Part shown: one piece after another, positions 25,246-38,013 of the stretch
Position numbering within the stretch: position 1 is the stretch's first letter
Layout: each line of letters begins with the position of its first letter
Assembly: GCF_006345805.1 (NCBI RefSeq)
Contig: NC_043006.1
Coordinates: 76,632,001 to 76,696,000, forward strand
Reading direction: 5' to 3'
Source: Octopus sinensis
Lineage: Eukaryota
DNA length: 64,000 nt
Program-made: the position numbers and the translations under genes
Notes under the pieces: model-generated
What the model was told of the DNA's origin: nothing
Seen by the model: only the letters and a program-made list of their open reading frames with translations
The model's database searches: none

Positions 25246-25301
<56 letters not shown>

Positions 25302-25338
25302 TAATACTAATAATAATAATAATATAATAATATAATAA

Positions 25339-25405
<67 letters not shown>
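24832..25405. repeat. Very long imperfect (AAT)n array with GAT/CAA variants
   Basis: Direct reading. It produces the spurious poly-L/poly-Y ORFs 24726-25247 and 24776-25141. Confidence 0.95.
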
Positions 25406-27111
25406 TGTCATATTTAGCAACCACAACAACAGCAGCAATAACAGTCATTAAGCATTCCAACTCGCACACTTGTTGCCATTCAATATGAGAAACACTAACA
25501 AACTAATTTGTTTTTGGCGCCAACAGTTGCACATAATTTGGCAGTTGTTGTAGACGAGAGCTCTTATTTAATGAACGCTACATATCACACTATTTTACAG
25601 CTAATTTATATTTACATAAGGCGGCAAATTGGTCTAATTATTAGAGCGTTAAATAGGTGTTCCACTCTTCTTTCCGTGTTTGAGTTATCCGAGATCAAAT
25701 AGTGCTGACACTAACTTTTTCCGTTTATACGTACGGGGTTGATCAGTATTATATAATATTAGTTGTAGCATTGACTTTTCTCTACGTATTTTTTTCTATA
25801 TATTTGCCTGTCTCATCTTCGAATAAAAAATGGCTGCGGTTGGAAGCAAATTTCACCAGCCTTTAAAATTCCAAGACATGCTCTATATTATTACGCCATC
25901 TATACTGTTCCATCAAGATTCGAGGGGCCTACTACAAGGCACAGAATATTTACATAGCTATTAAAAGAGAATAGATTCATTAAAAGGTTGATGCTTTATT
26001 TACGACACATTCGCTGGAAAACTTTCGAATTTCGTCCTTTATAAGTAATCACCAGTTTGAGACGTAACATTCGAGACTGGTTATTTAAATTAGAAATATA
26101 AGTTGATTATTCTATAACTCAGCTATCCATTCTCACTGCATTGTGGCTGATTCGAATGCGAATATCCGATTGCTGTTGTTTTTCTTCAGCGGAGAAAATC
26201 TTCCTTGACAAGATGTGTGTTCATAATACGCGATTAACTGGTGTAAGGAAATTTTGTGATCCTAAAGTGTTTCCTCGTCATTTTATCCTGCCGAACTGAT
26301 TAATGCAACAAGAGTGTCGGTTATAGTTTAGAGAATCTAAAAAACAAATTATTGGCAGACATCATGCGTGTTGATGTCTGCCAATCAGAAAACAATTCCT
26401 GAGACATGGGAAAAACAGCGAGAGTCCAAGCAATTACGTATCTATTCATTTTCAATACGTTCTGGTTGATTTGGTGCAAACCAAATTTCTAATGAATGAA
26501 GCGCGCGTTGAGAGAAAATGGTATGAATATATTTCTAATATGAGCTCAAGTCAGCTTTTATCAGAGAACTGCGCCAAAGCAGTCACAAGAAATTCGGATG
26601 GGCGTAGACATTGATGTAAGGTTTGTGTCAAAGTAAGAAGACCAAATTCAAGTCCAACAGCGTTATACTTGGTTCTCGTGTACTCTATTGATTGTCTAGA
26701 TCTCGTCTATTTGTTGCTTGGAAGTGTGCAGAATTTGCTTTGGCATATACGTGTTGGTGTGCGCATGTACGTACATATATGTGTATATGAGATTATACAT
26801 ACGTAAACACATACATGTGTGCCTGTGTATCTATTTATATGTATATTTATCTAATTACCTTGCTTAGTAGAACAACCGCTCCTCCGATTTGACTTAAAGA
26901 AACGACACGATAGTAAAAATTAAAGAAAATTTGTTCTTTCATACATGTAGAATCCGGCAAATGGAATGCTTGTTTCGCTCTGCAGGAGAGCCTATTATAC
27001 TATTAAAGGGGGTTTCAATATAGCGCTTGTATAGTTTACACAGTGAAAGGAAGATATGAGTAGTGGTTTATGATAAGAGGAGTTCGGGTTATTATGTCGC
27101 TTAAAAACCAC

Positions 27112-27742
27112 TGAATTCTCTTCTACTCTAGGCACAAGGCCCGACGTTTCGGGGGAGTTTGGGGCCCAGTCGATTACATCGACTCTTGTACGCAACTGGT
27201 GCTTAATTTATCGACCCCGAAAGGTTGAAAGGCAAAGTCGACCTAGGCAGAATTTGAACTTAGAACGTAGCGGCAGACGAAATGCCGCTAAGCATTTCGC
27301 CCGGCGTGCTAAAGTTTCTTATTTCTTTACTGCCCACAAGGGGCTACACACAAGGACAGAGGGGACAAACTAGGACAGACAAATGGATTAAGTCGATTAA
27401 TTCGACCCCAGTCCGTAACTGGTACTTAATTTATCGACCCCGAAAGGATGAAAGGCAAAGTTGACCTCGGAGTAATTTGAACTCAGAACGTAGAGGCAGA
27501 AGAAATACCTATTTCTTTACTACCCACAAGGGGCTAAATACAGAGAGAACAAACAAGGACTGGCAAACGGATTAAGTCGATTATATCGACCTCGGTGCGT
27601 AACTGGTACTTATTTAATCGACCCCGAAAGGATGAAAGGTAAAGTCGACCTCGGCAGAATTTGAACTCAGAACGTAACGGCAGACGAAATACCGCTAAGA
27701 ATTTCGTCCAGCACGCTAACGTTTCTGCCAACTCGCTGCCTT
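27112..27742 (-). mobile_element. Head-to-tail trimer of family B SINEs (two alpha tails, one beta tail)
   Basis: Three successive ATCGACCCCGAAAGG.TGAAAGG.AAAG..GACC blocks (~27210, ~27434, ~27617). B-box-like GAGTTCAAATT on the minus strand. Confidence 0.85.
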
Positions 27743-27832
27743 TAAAAACCTCTGAATTCAGTTGGTCGTTTGTGGAGGGTTGTACGTGGCGATGATGGCC
27801 AATTGACGTGAATTTTCTCATATATATTTTCT

Positions 27833-27874
<42 letters not shown>

Positions 27875-27884
27875 ATGATTCAGG

Positions 27885-28285
27885 TATGGCTCGAGTGGCT
27901 GTGTGGTAAGTAGCTTGCTTACCAACCACATGGTTCCGTGTTCAGTCCCAATGCGTGGCACCTTGGGCAAGTGTCTTCTTCTACAGCCTCGGGCCGACCA
28001 AAGACTTGTGAGTGGATTTGGTAGACGGAAACTGAAAGAAGCCCGTCTTATATATATATATATATATGTATGTATGTGTGAGTATATGTTTGTGTGTCTG
28101 TATTTGTCCCCCCACCATTGCTTGACAACCGAGGCTTGTGTGTAACTTAGCGGTTGGGCAAAAAGAAAAAGAAGCCGATAGAATAAGTACTAGAACTACA
28201 GATAATAAGTTCTGGTGTCGATTTGCTCGATTAAAGGCGGTGCTCCAGCATAGCCGCAGTCAAATGAGTGAAACAATTAAATGAG

Positions 28286-28287
<2 letters not shown>
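27885..28287 (+). mobile_element. tRNA-derived SINE, family A
   Basis: Head GAGTGGCTGTGTGGTAAG ... GTTCAGTCCCA; CCTTGGGCAAGTG block; tail GGCGGTGCTCCAGCAT.GCCGCAGTCAAATGA. Confidence 0.85.
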
Positions 28288-28318
<31 letters not shown>

Positions 28319-28319
28319 T

Positions 28320-28388
<69 letters not shown>

Positions 28389-28429
28389 TTGTTCCGATGA
28401 TACGATGAATAAACGACTGTCGAAATTAC

Positions 28430-28446
28430 ATATCTATCTATCTATC

Positions 28447-28489
<43 letters not shown>

Positions 28490-28513
28490 ATCTATCAATC
28501 TATCTATCTATTC

Positions 28514-28544
<31 letters not shown>

Positions 28545-28562
28545 TTATCTATCTATTTATCG
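28430..28562. repeat. (TCTA)n microsatellite
   Basis: Direct reading. Confidence 0.95.
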
Positions 28563-29439
28563 ATCTGTAAGTGTGTGTGTGTTTATACTGAAAACAATCG
28601 TTCTGTCATTGTCACAAATTATAAGGATACACTATATTACTTATTAATGTATTCGATAGAAACTCAATTACATAAAACTTTCAGTAACTCTTACAACTTG
28701 TTTGAAATCAACGCATTAATTATACTTTGAACACTCACAATTGCTTATGTTTAATTTCTCTCGCTAGGAATTTCTCCACCTGTCTCTAATGATAATCATA
28801 ATTAAATGAGCCATTAGCAAGTATCATTAAATAAGCAAATGAATTCCTAGAATTTTTGTTACAATACCTCAAATTCACATAGCACTTACATAACCGCTTT
28901 CCTCTCCCTCAACCGCCTCCACCTTATCAATTGCTATTTTTTCTCCCATGATAGATTTATTTATATACTCTCATTCTCCTACATTTTACCTACATAAACG
29001 TAAAATATAAATATATGCATAAATAAATATTTAATAGAATATCTCATAAAGCGATTAAAAAGAATAAAATATATATGAAGAATATTTACATATCATTAAA
29101 ACGTCTTTTTAATTGCTCACCTGCTCAGTAAATAAATAAGCTGATAAATACATTACGTACTGTCAGGACCAAGAAGATAGTTATGTAAAACCATAAACAT
29201 ATAAATTAATGCATTTTGCTTTTCTGGGTTCTCCAGAATTTCACAACTTAATCCGCGTCTATTATATTTTTACTTCGTCATATCGCAACTAGTTATTTGT
29301 ATTTTCTCATTAACACAGTTACATTAGCCATTACTTCTCGCCTCTCTTCGAAACATTCTCCGTCACCAAGCTTCCAATGGGATTCATTTTTTCTTATTGA
29401 ATTATGCAGATTCATATAATAACAAGATATATTTCACTT

Positions 29440-31315
29440 CCACTCACAGCCCTGCTAACTCTCAACCACAGTTTATTCTCGTTTCCAGCTCTTTTCACAA
29501 TATAATTTATAAAACACAATATTTCATTCTTCTTCAAGTCATTTAGTTACAAACAAAATAAATTGTACACTTCTAACATTTTACATGAATGAAAAAAGCT
29601 GCAACAAGTGACTGTGTTCTCGGTGTGCATAATAATTTAGATTACTTTTTGCTTGATTAAAGTGGTGTGAGTGGTTTTGGTAGACGGTAAGTTAAAGAAG
29701 CCCGTTATATATATACACACACACACATATGTATATATATATAACGGTTTTGGTGAGGCATTGTCTCAGTTCTAGGGCTTTGTGCAAGTAGAGTTTTGAA
29801 GCTCTACTCCTTACGCCCACATATCCTACCCCGGCCTCCCTATCTTGTTTTGGATCTTATTTTCCAAATTCAGGATCGGTTAAGAACGGGAAATTTTTCT
29901 CGAGAGGAAACTTCTTTTTTCCTCTTCCCTAATCTAGGAGGTGGGTGACTGGTGGACTGTCCACTTTGACAGTATCTTCAGGCAGAATAGCAAACACATT
30001 CGTGGTGAACACCAGTATACCTTCCTCAGTGAGTCAAGGGATGGCTGACATAAGTGGTGGGAATTTGGACTATGGCTACTACAAAGAAGGACGATATTCG
30101 GGCAGAAGATGTAGAAATGCCGGTGGTAGGGGGAGAAGCCGAGATCGGGGCATGCCCGCTGCCAGGAATTTCAGCTGAGCCTTCTAGAAGATCCTCAACA
30201 TGAATGAAAATTTGATCTTATTCTCTGGATGGAGCCATCAGTACGGAAGTAAAAATATTGGTTTAGACTTTGATGACCTTACCAATGAATGGTATCTTAA
30301 AACCTTGCCCATTCTTCCGAAGGAAACAAATTTGAATGTACATCCCGAGTGGTAAGACCGCTTAATGAAGCATCTAGTTTTAAAGACCATAGAATTGGCT
30401 CGTCTTGCAAGTGTTCCGTCACGAAATAAAGTGAATCCGACTTTGAACAGAATAGATAGAAGTGATTTGATAGGAAAGTACGGCAGGCAGCCGCAAACAA
30501 GAGTATTACTGATCCACCTGCATCTCATACAAATTATAACCAGAATGAGTCTCATTATTCTAGTAGTCCAGTATGAAGAACACCACCAAATTTCTGAGAA
30601 AACTCGCCGTGAAAGTTATAGAAGACAGAAGACTCCCAATAACAATTACCAGCGTTCAAAACGATCGACCTGTAAAAAAGAATGGCATGGTTTCTGTCCA
30701 CCATCCCACATATATTCAGAAAGTAAGAAAGAATCTCTCATCTACAATCACAATAGTGAAGATACTGAAATACTCTCTATTGGAGACATTGGTTCGCCAA
30801 ATAGATTACGTTCAGAAAGTTGCAGCCCAGATGATTGTTAAGGCCCTGGAAACAGCAATTGCTAATTATTCACGCAGTTGCGGATATGGCCAAAGCTATT
30901 CAGGACATTTTCCTGTAACTTCTGAATCTAAACAAAGTGGTAAGCCACGAAGAAGTAATTATGATAACTTTAACTTGCAACATTCTTCAAATGGTACCAT
31001 TTGGATGATAGGATGGTTCTCCAACTGAAAAGATATATATATATATATATATACATATATATAGTTGCATTTCGGGACGTTCATGTTTTTGGGTCAAACA
31101 AACACACGCACTATATATTTGTTCTTCGCTAGTTTATCACTGTTATTTTTTCTTTTTATTCTAACTCATGTCTAAAATATAGCTGACTTCTGCTCACAGC
31201 GCTGCTAACTCTCAACCACCATTTATTCCTCTTTCCAGCTCTTTTCACAATATTTCATTCTTCTTCAAGCCATTAGTTACAAGGAAAATAAACTGTAGAC
31301 TTCTACAATTTTATA
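29440..31315 (+). repeat. Direct repeat pair (~29440-29585 and ~31190-31315), unclassified
   Basis: CTCACAGC.CTGCTAACTCTCAACCAC..TTTATTC...TTCCAGCTCTTTTCACAATAT...TTCATTCTTCTTCAAG.CAT occurs twice. Confidence 0.75.
29945..31028 (+). pseudogene. Unclassified decayed coding block, probably of mobile-element origin
   Basis: ORFs 29945-30178, an ATG at 30200 and 30365-30841 share one frame broken by only three internal stops. The overlapping ORF 30573-31028 continues. Less AT-rich than its flanks and free of microsatellites. No family recognised. Confidence 0.4.
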
Positions 31316-31368
31316 ATGGACTTGACTTTAAATGAAAATAAGAAATCTAACAAACGAATGATGGACAA

Positions 31369-31570
31369 TTATATAGCACGTGTGTTTATTTGTCAAAGAA
31401 GTTTAAAGAAAACATGACAATATAACAAGCAAATTAGCAACTTAGAATATCTTTATAAGAGATAAGAGCAGAAACTATACTGAGAAGTAATGTTTTGCGC
31501 TACTTAAACTTGGCAGTTCCGCAGGAATCGATGTTACTGTTATTTTCAATCGCAGTATGACATCTCCTCC
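31369..31570 (-). mobile_element. Candidate Gypsy 3' LTR with polypurine tract
   Basis: Minus strand: GGAGGAGA (31570-31563), then TGTCATACTGCGAT, AATAAA (31390-31385) and TATATAA at ~31369. The ~194-bp length and ATACTGCGAT start match the LTR at 52452-52645. Confidence 0.35.
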
Positions 31571-32171
31571 AGCTGGATATTCGAGTCAATCTGCACCCGA
31601 TATATATTGCAAGCAGGGGAGTGAACTCCTACCACGTTCTAGCCACGCCACGAGCCCATCAGACCATGCAGTTTCGATCTCTTTGTGGTCATCAACGGTG
31701 GTGGATACTTGCCCGCTAGAGATAGCAGTAGTTCACTCCAGCTCGCAATACATAGAAAACTAAGCGACACATAGTCACTTATCTTAAAACAATCAAATCA
31801 GGTAGTTAATGGTGTTAGTGAAGGTGGTTGTGCATATGGACGTTGTTGCTGGTGACGAATTCTGTGTAATTTACTAATCGGTTGTGGCGTTCGTTGTGTA
31901 TATCCTTGTTGTAGTCATTGACAAGGTAGTGGCTGACAAAAGCAAGTATCCTCATCGCAGCAAGCAACGGCATCGGCGGTGGCGAACATGTTGCAGGTAG
32001 GCATCAGTGACAATCATCTGTGACTGTATCCTTCTGAACTTGGGCATCTACGCATGCAATAAATGAGGGATTTTCAACTTATATACCTGCATTGTTAGAA
32101 TGTTAGAAACTTCCTAATTTTCTGTTTATTTCTGTTGTTCATTTTTCTAATATATGTTATTCTAATGTATG

Positions 32172-32202
<31 letters not shown>

Positions 32203-32206
<4 letters not shown>

Positions 32207-32365
32207 GAAATTTATAGAAAGACAAAAGACAAAGACAGGTGTTATGAACCACGCAGAAGTGTATTAGTTTGACGCTCGGCAAAAATGATAAAGTATGTTA
32301 CATTTCGAGCCTAGGCTCATCAACAGAAAGGAATACAATGACAGAATGAAAACAAAACCTGTAGA
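32203..32365 (-). mobile_element. Short Penelope-like terminal repeat fragment with degenerate hammerhead core
   Basis: Homologous to 40410-40535 (GTATTAGTTT.ACGCTCGG, TTTCGAG). Minus strand CTGTTGAT-GAGCCTAGGCTC-GAAA. Confidence 0.5.
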
Positions 32366-32400
32366 ATTCAGCAGACAAGCACACACACTGATATACAAAC

Positions 32401-32446
<46 letters not shown>

Positions 32447-32521
32447 AGTACCATAAATATACACATACGTGCATATTCATATATATATGCATATATATAT
32501 AAGTACTTTATGTATATATTC

Positions 32522-32557
<36 letters not shown>

Positions 32558-33268
32558 CAAACAGAAAAAAGTGTGTGTGTATGCGTTCGGGCGCGCATCT
32601 TACATTTAGTCTCTTACCCACTGACAACCAGTATTGCTTTGCTCTTATCCTTTAAAACTTAGCCGATCGGCAAAGGTCTACAACTGCTTTCTCGGATAGA
32701 GAAAACTCCTTTATATTCTGGAGCAGAGATGAATAACTACTATGTTAAAACAGATACATTTTTTCTTTAACAAGCATCATAGGCATATCAAATGTTCGCC
32801 AGTTCTTATAAGATTAAATTGCAGCTGTTACGTTCGTTTGACTGATAGAGTAGTTTTGAGATGGTATTGTGTAGAGAAGTTGAGGTGACCGCAACGATGT
32901 TGCAATGGTTTGCAACGTGATAACTAAAATAAGTATCAGCGTGCTTTCACTGATTTATATGCGTTTTATTTGTATGAATTTAGTTTATATATGAATAGCG
33001 CATGAATAGCTTTGTGATAAACTGCCACCTCGTTGCAACCAATAGCGCATGAGTGGAATTTAGTGTAGAAGTTTGCCGTATGTATATATATATATATGTG
33101 TGAGTGTGTGTGCATGTGTTTATACATATGTCTATATATATATATATATTCATACGCACAAATATATAAATATGCATACACACACATTTATCAATATACA
33201 CACTCACATATATGTATATATATATATATTTATAAATATATATATATATGTATGTATATATACAGATA

Positions 33269-33302
<34 letters not shown>

Positions 33303-34093
33303 CATATATATATATACATATATATATACATATATATATAAATATATATACAGAGAGAGAGAGAGAGATGCATGTATTTATATGTATGCGTTTGTACCTG
33401 CGTGTGTTTGTACGTATATGCGTGTGTGTGTGCGCAACGCGCGCGGTTAGTGCGTGTGCGAGTTTGTGTGTATAATCTTTCTATGGCAACCACATTCAGC
33501 TGAATCAACATGACCAACTCTGTTAAGTCCAGTATAGATTACCTCCCTTTTACGCGGTAATGATTTCACTCTTAGTTTTCCTTAAACGTTGAAAATTTGT
33601 GTACCTGACAATGAAGCAGGTTAGATATAAACAGCTAAAATCATATGCGTCCAAATGCCAGCTTTGGCACAGTCCATTAAATAAAGAACTAAAAACAAAT
33701 GCGAATAATTTATATGATAATAATACGGTGTTTATGTCAGTGTCACTTTTTTTATGATTCATACCACCTTCATTGTTACATGCTCGTTGTGTAAGACAGA
33801 AACATAGCTGGCACTTAAAACCCCCAAAACAATCCGACGATTTATTATCTCAATTTCGTAAGCACTGAACTGAACATTCGTAGGATGTTTATCTGACTTC
33901 AGATCGGAAGGGATTGCTTTTGCAATTTTGATTTAAAAAATGGTCACTACCTATTTCCTCTCGTTTAGAGCTACGTCAAATTTCATAGAATTTCTGCCGT
34001 AATCTTCCTGCATCTCTCAGTATAGATACATACATGCCTCTCGAAGCCTGCTGGTGCCTACCAAAACTATTCGCAATTGGAATAAGTTAAGGA

Positions 34094-34179
<86 letters not shown>

Positions 34180-34180
<1 letters not shown>

Positions 34181-34408
34181 TTCTTTACTGCCCACAAGGG
34201 GCTAAACATAGAGGGGACAAACAAGGACAGACAAAGGGAATAAGTCGATTACATCGACCCCAGTGCGAAACTGGTACTTTATTTATCGACCCCGAAAGGA
34301 TGAAAGGTAAAGTCGACCTCGGCGGAATTTGAACTCAGAACGTAACGACAGACGAAATACCGCTAAGCATTTCGCCCGGCGCGCTAACGTTTCTGCCAGC
34401 TCGCCGAT
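34180..34408 (-). mobile_element. SINE family B, alpha tail, well preserved, in (TA)n
   Basis: Minus head GGCGAGCTGGCAGAAACGTTAG ... GAGTTCAAATTCC; tail AGCCCCTTGTGGGCAGTAAAGAAAT. Confidence 0.9.
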
Positions 34409-34437
34409 ATATATATACATATCTTATATAAAATCCG

Positions 34438-34469
<32 letters not shown>

Positions 34470-34974
34470 CTTTTCGGATCTCGGGCATCCTCCATCCGAT
34501 TGCGCTCCAATTTGATATGTAGATACAGACGGTATCAGGGCGTGTATAGTCTTGAAAAAATTACAAAAATCGATTCCAGGCGAGAATGCGATCGATAAAA
34601 CCGTTTTTGTCCTGGTTTCTTCCGTCAATCTGTACATAACTGCACCTTCTATCTGTTGTTGTTTTTGTACAGCTTAAAGGTACGTTTCATTCCTGCCAAG
34701 CTTACTGTTTAAGCCATGTTTGTGCTCTCAAACTCTTCGGTTGCATATTTGTGTGAATAAAATCGTTTATCTTTGGAATAGAAAAAAATTCTATCTTTAT
34801 TTCTTCTTTTTCTGGTGTCTCAAATTTAGGTTAAATCAGTGTTTCTCAAAGGGAAGGCCTATGGAAAGGTCAGACAAGTTGTTTGTGAAAATGTGGCTGA
34901 AATGTTTGACAACTCAGCACCGTCCATTGGAGGGGGGTTACTCGTACATGTGTGTGTGTATGTGTGTGTGTGTG

Positions 34975-35005
<31 letters not shown>

Positions 35006-35739
35006 GTATAACACTACAATGTCCAAACCTTGTCTCCATTACTTGATTGAGATGAGGTGTTACTCTTAGAAGGTCGAACGATGACGTAATGACGTACGAT
35101 CCATTAAGAAATATCGTATTCTCTCTCTCGAAGAAACCGCACCTACAAGGAGAATCCAACTTTAGCAAAAATATATTGTTCCTTTGCTGACTGCTGATAA
35201 TTACAGTAGCCTGCTTTAATCATATAAATGGATTATATACACGCTGGAATCAAATTTGTAGAGTTTGATATTAGTATCTCGCTTAGGCTTATTTGCATTA
35301 ATTTTTTTGGATCACTGGGCCCTGGGTTCAGATCTCATCTAAGACATATTTCACTTTCAGCGTTTTTAACATTGTAAGATGATGCACCAGTATAGTTTCT
35401 ATCCTCTCTCTCTCCCTCTCGTTTTATCTCTCGTTCTCTTTCCCGCTTTCTCCCAGAATTACTTATAGCTAACAAGTTCATATCTTCTCAGAAACGCGAA
35501 CGGGCGAAAGACAGTAATATCAGACCTTATTTTTACACTCTCATAGTGCTTAGTAGTCGCCAGTGTCATTCATTGACTTAATCAAGGATGGAAAGAAAGG
35601 TGTATTCTTTAACAGTTAATTAGTTTGGCCAAAGACATAGATGTGTGTGGAGTGGGCTATTAAAGTGAAATCTATTTTCGCTGGTACTGATGAGACAAAT
35701 AGCTGGAATAATTCGTCGTAAATGTTTAAGCAGTTAACA

Positions 35740-36175
35740 TCTTATAAGACATCGTAGGCATAGCTAGGACTGCATCCCAAAGACTAGCCACTCTCTTCAG
35801 GCCAGAAGATATTTCAATCTCCAACACCTGTTAACATCATACAGGTCTCACAAGAGAACAGGCCCGTCACATGCATACAGATGTATCTGCGACGAGGCTG
35901 CTGCTGCTGCATCCATTACTCAGATGCTCTCCGACCCTCATCTCTCTCAGACACTTCACCCTTGTTTAGCACAATATTCCTTTCCCGTTCTAACTGCAAC
36001 CCAATCTGTCTAAAGTAGCACATCAACTCTCTGGAATTTCCGCCCTGCTCATATCTTACCTACAGAATACAAGGAAAATTAACGGTGTCAATCTTACCAG
36101 ACACCAAATATCTGACAGTGCTATGGGTCCTGCCCCTGCTTTCAGCCTTGACGAGTATAAAACAAACACTTCGGA
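35740..36175 (+). mobile_element. Decayed CR1/Jockey-group LINE 3' fragment
   Basis: ASQRLATL, QARHMH, AAAASITQML and TSTLWN appear in the order expected after RT, with frameshifts. Confidence 0.5.
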
Positions 36176-36570
36176 CTACCAAATTTTACATTTCACAACC
36201 AAGATCGATAAAATCAATAATACTAAGATTATCAATCGATAAAATCAATAATGAAAAGTCACAAGACATGATGGTATGGATATCGTTGAGGTGTATATAA
36301 TCATTTATTCGATTGGTGCATGATTCTGGCAATGAAATTTCAGAATTTCGACATTATTGTACTATTTTGAAAAGTAAATTGCGGTAGGATATACGGTTTG
36401 TTCTTGATAAATCAATTTGTGAACAGGTACCATTGTAGGCCATTGCCATTCAATTTACTTCTTAAATGTTACTGGGAAGGCCATGATTGTTAGAAATTCC
36501 CATCATGTTAATAAACTAATTTCGTTTATCAGACAGGTATGTTAAACAAAAATATACTTAACATTACATA

Positions 36571-36785
36571 AGGCGGCAAGCTAGCAGAAACGTTAGCACG
36601 CCGGGCAAAATGCGTAGCCGTATTTCGTCTGCCGTTACATTCTGAGTTCAAAATCCGCTGAGGTCGACTTTGCCTTTCATCCTTTCGGGGTCGCTAAATT
36701 AAGTACCAGTTACGCACTGGGGTCGATATAATCGACTTAATCCGTTTGTCTGTCCTTGTTTAGCCCCTTGTGGGTAATAAAGTAT
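36571..36785 (+). mobile_element. SINE family B, alpha tail
   Basis: AAGGCGGCAAGCTAGCAGAAACGTTAGCACGCCGGGC...GAGTTCAAAATCC...GCCCCTTGTGGGTAATAAAG. Confidence 0.9.
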
Positions 36786-38013
36786 ATATTTGTCATTACA
36801 TATTCGTCGCTTTCAAACTTTTGTTAAGTAAATATTTATTCTTTGTGAGTAAGTAATGCATTGAATGTGTCATATATTTTCTATCTATTCTCAGAATATG
36901 TATGTATTTTTTTCTTATACATGACAGTAGTAATTCTAGTTAAATAATAATCATAGCGAAAGTGTGTTAGTGTGACTGGTATTTTGTTTATTCATTTTAT
37001 TATTCTTTGCGTTGTTCAAATATTTTTACAGTAAAAGCCTATACAAAAATTCTAACAAAGAAGCGATCGAGGGAGGATTGTGAGGAAATGATTTCAAATT
37101 ACACGACTAAGCCGATCGGAAGCGACCAAGTGGCAGTGAACGCGATCAAGCGGCATTAAAATGAAATATGAACAGCCTTAACTAAAATCTTTTCCCCGTT
37201 CACCAACACATTTTTCTATGTCTCGCTTTTGCAGCTTCCCCTTCATTCTCTCCCTTTATCTCTTTCACTCTCTTCATCTTTATAACTGTCCGTTCTTTTT
37301 TGTTTTCTTATCTTTAGTGTCCTTTTTATTTTTGCTGTTGTTCATTTTCACAAACACTGGAAAATATAATAGCATATTTGACACAGATGTCATACATGAA
37401 CGGATAAATGTTTTTACATTAAAACTGTTATTCTTCAATATTTATTGTTGGGACATTAGAGCGCCGGCTAAATGTTTTACGGCGTCTAGTTTGGTGCCAA
37501 ATGTTTTCTATAATAGTGTTCGTTTAGAATTGTGTCGTTCCTGAGCAGCATTATTAAACAGCTTTTTTTGTTTGAACCATTACATTTTTTTGTTCTAAAT
37601 GTTTTATGCACAGTATATTTTCACTTCTGCTGATAATGTCACAGAAAAATAAGTTTGTTTTCTATTCAAATGTGCATCCTTATTTGTTTAATAAATCGTA
37701 ATTCAACTTTCCCTGTTATTTGTTTTGGTGTTAGATATTTAAACAACCTTAAATATGCAACGAAAACGAAGACATAACTGAAATCTATGATTATGATCAA
37801 ATACACTGCGGAACGAAATTGAATATATAATCAAAATCTTATATTACAAGAAATAAGATTAGAGATTGAGCTTTAAACAACCTACATTTTGTAATGAAAT
37901 GGATGAACATATCCTGTTATATAATGAATATCTGGTCATCGTCGTCGTTGTCATTGTCATCATCGTCGTCGTTGTTGTGGTCATCGTCGTCATGGAATAA
38001 TGAAAAGTGCCAA

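Noticed and set aside
24726-25247. 173-aa poly-Leu/Ile 'membrane protein' and poly-Tyr/His ORFs
   Set aside because: They are reverse-strand translations of the (AAT)n array.
26859-26979. 121-nt minus-strand candidate exon (AKQAFHLPDSTC...FFNFYYRVV)
   Set aside because: No recognisable protein, the phase is incompatible with the 29121-29159 candidate, and the acceptor is only moderate.
30880-30930. YSGHF resembling the DIRS/Crypton tyrosine recombinase YSGHSFR motif
   Set aside because: The following RxxxAT residues and upstream catalytic motifs are absent.
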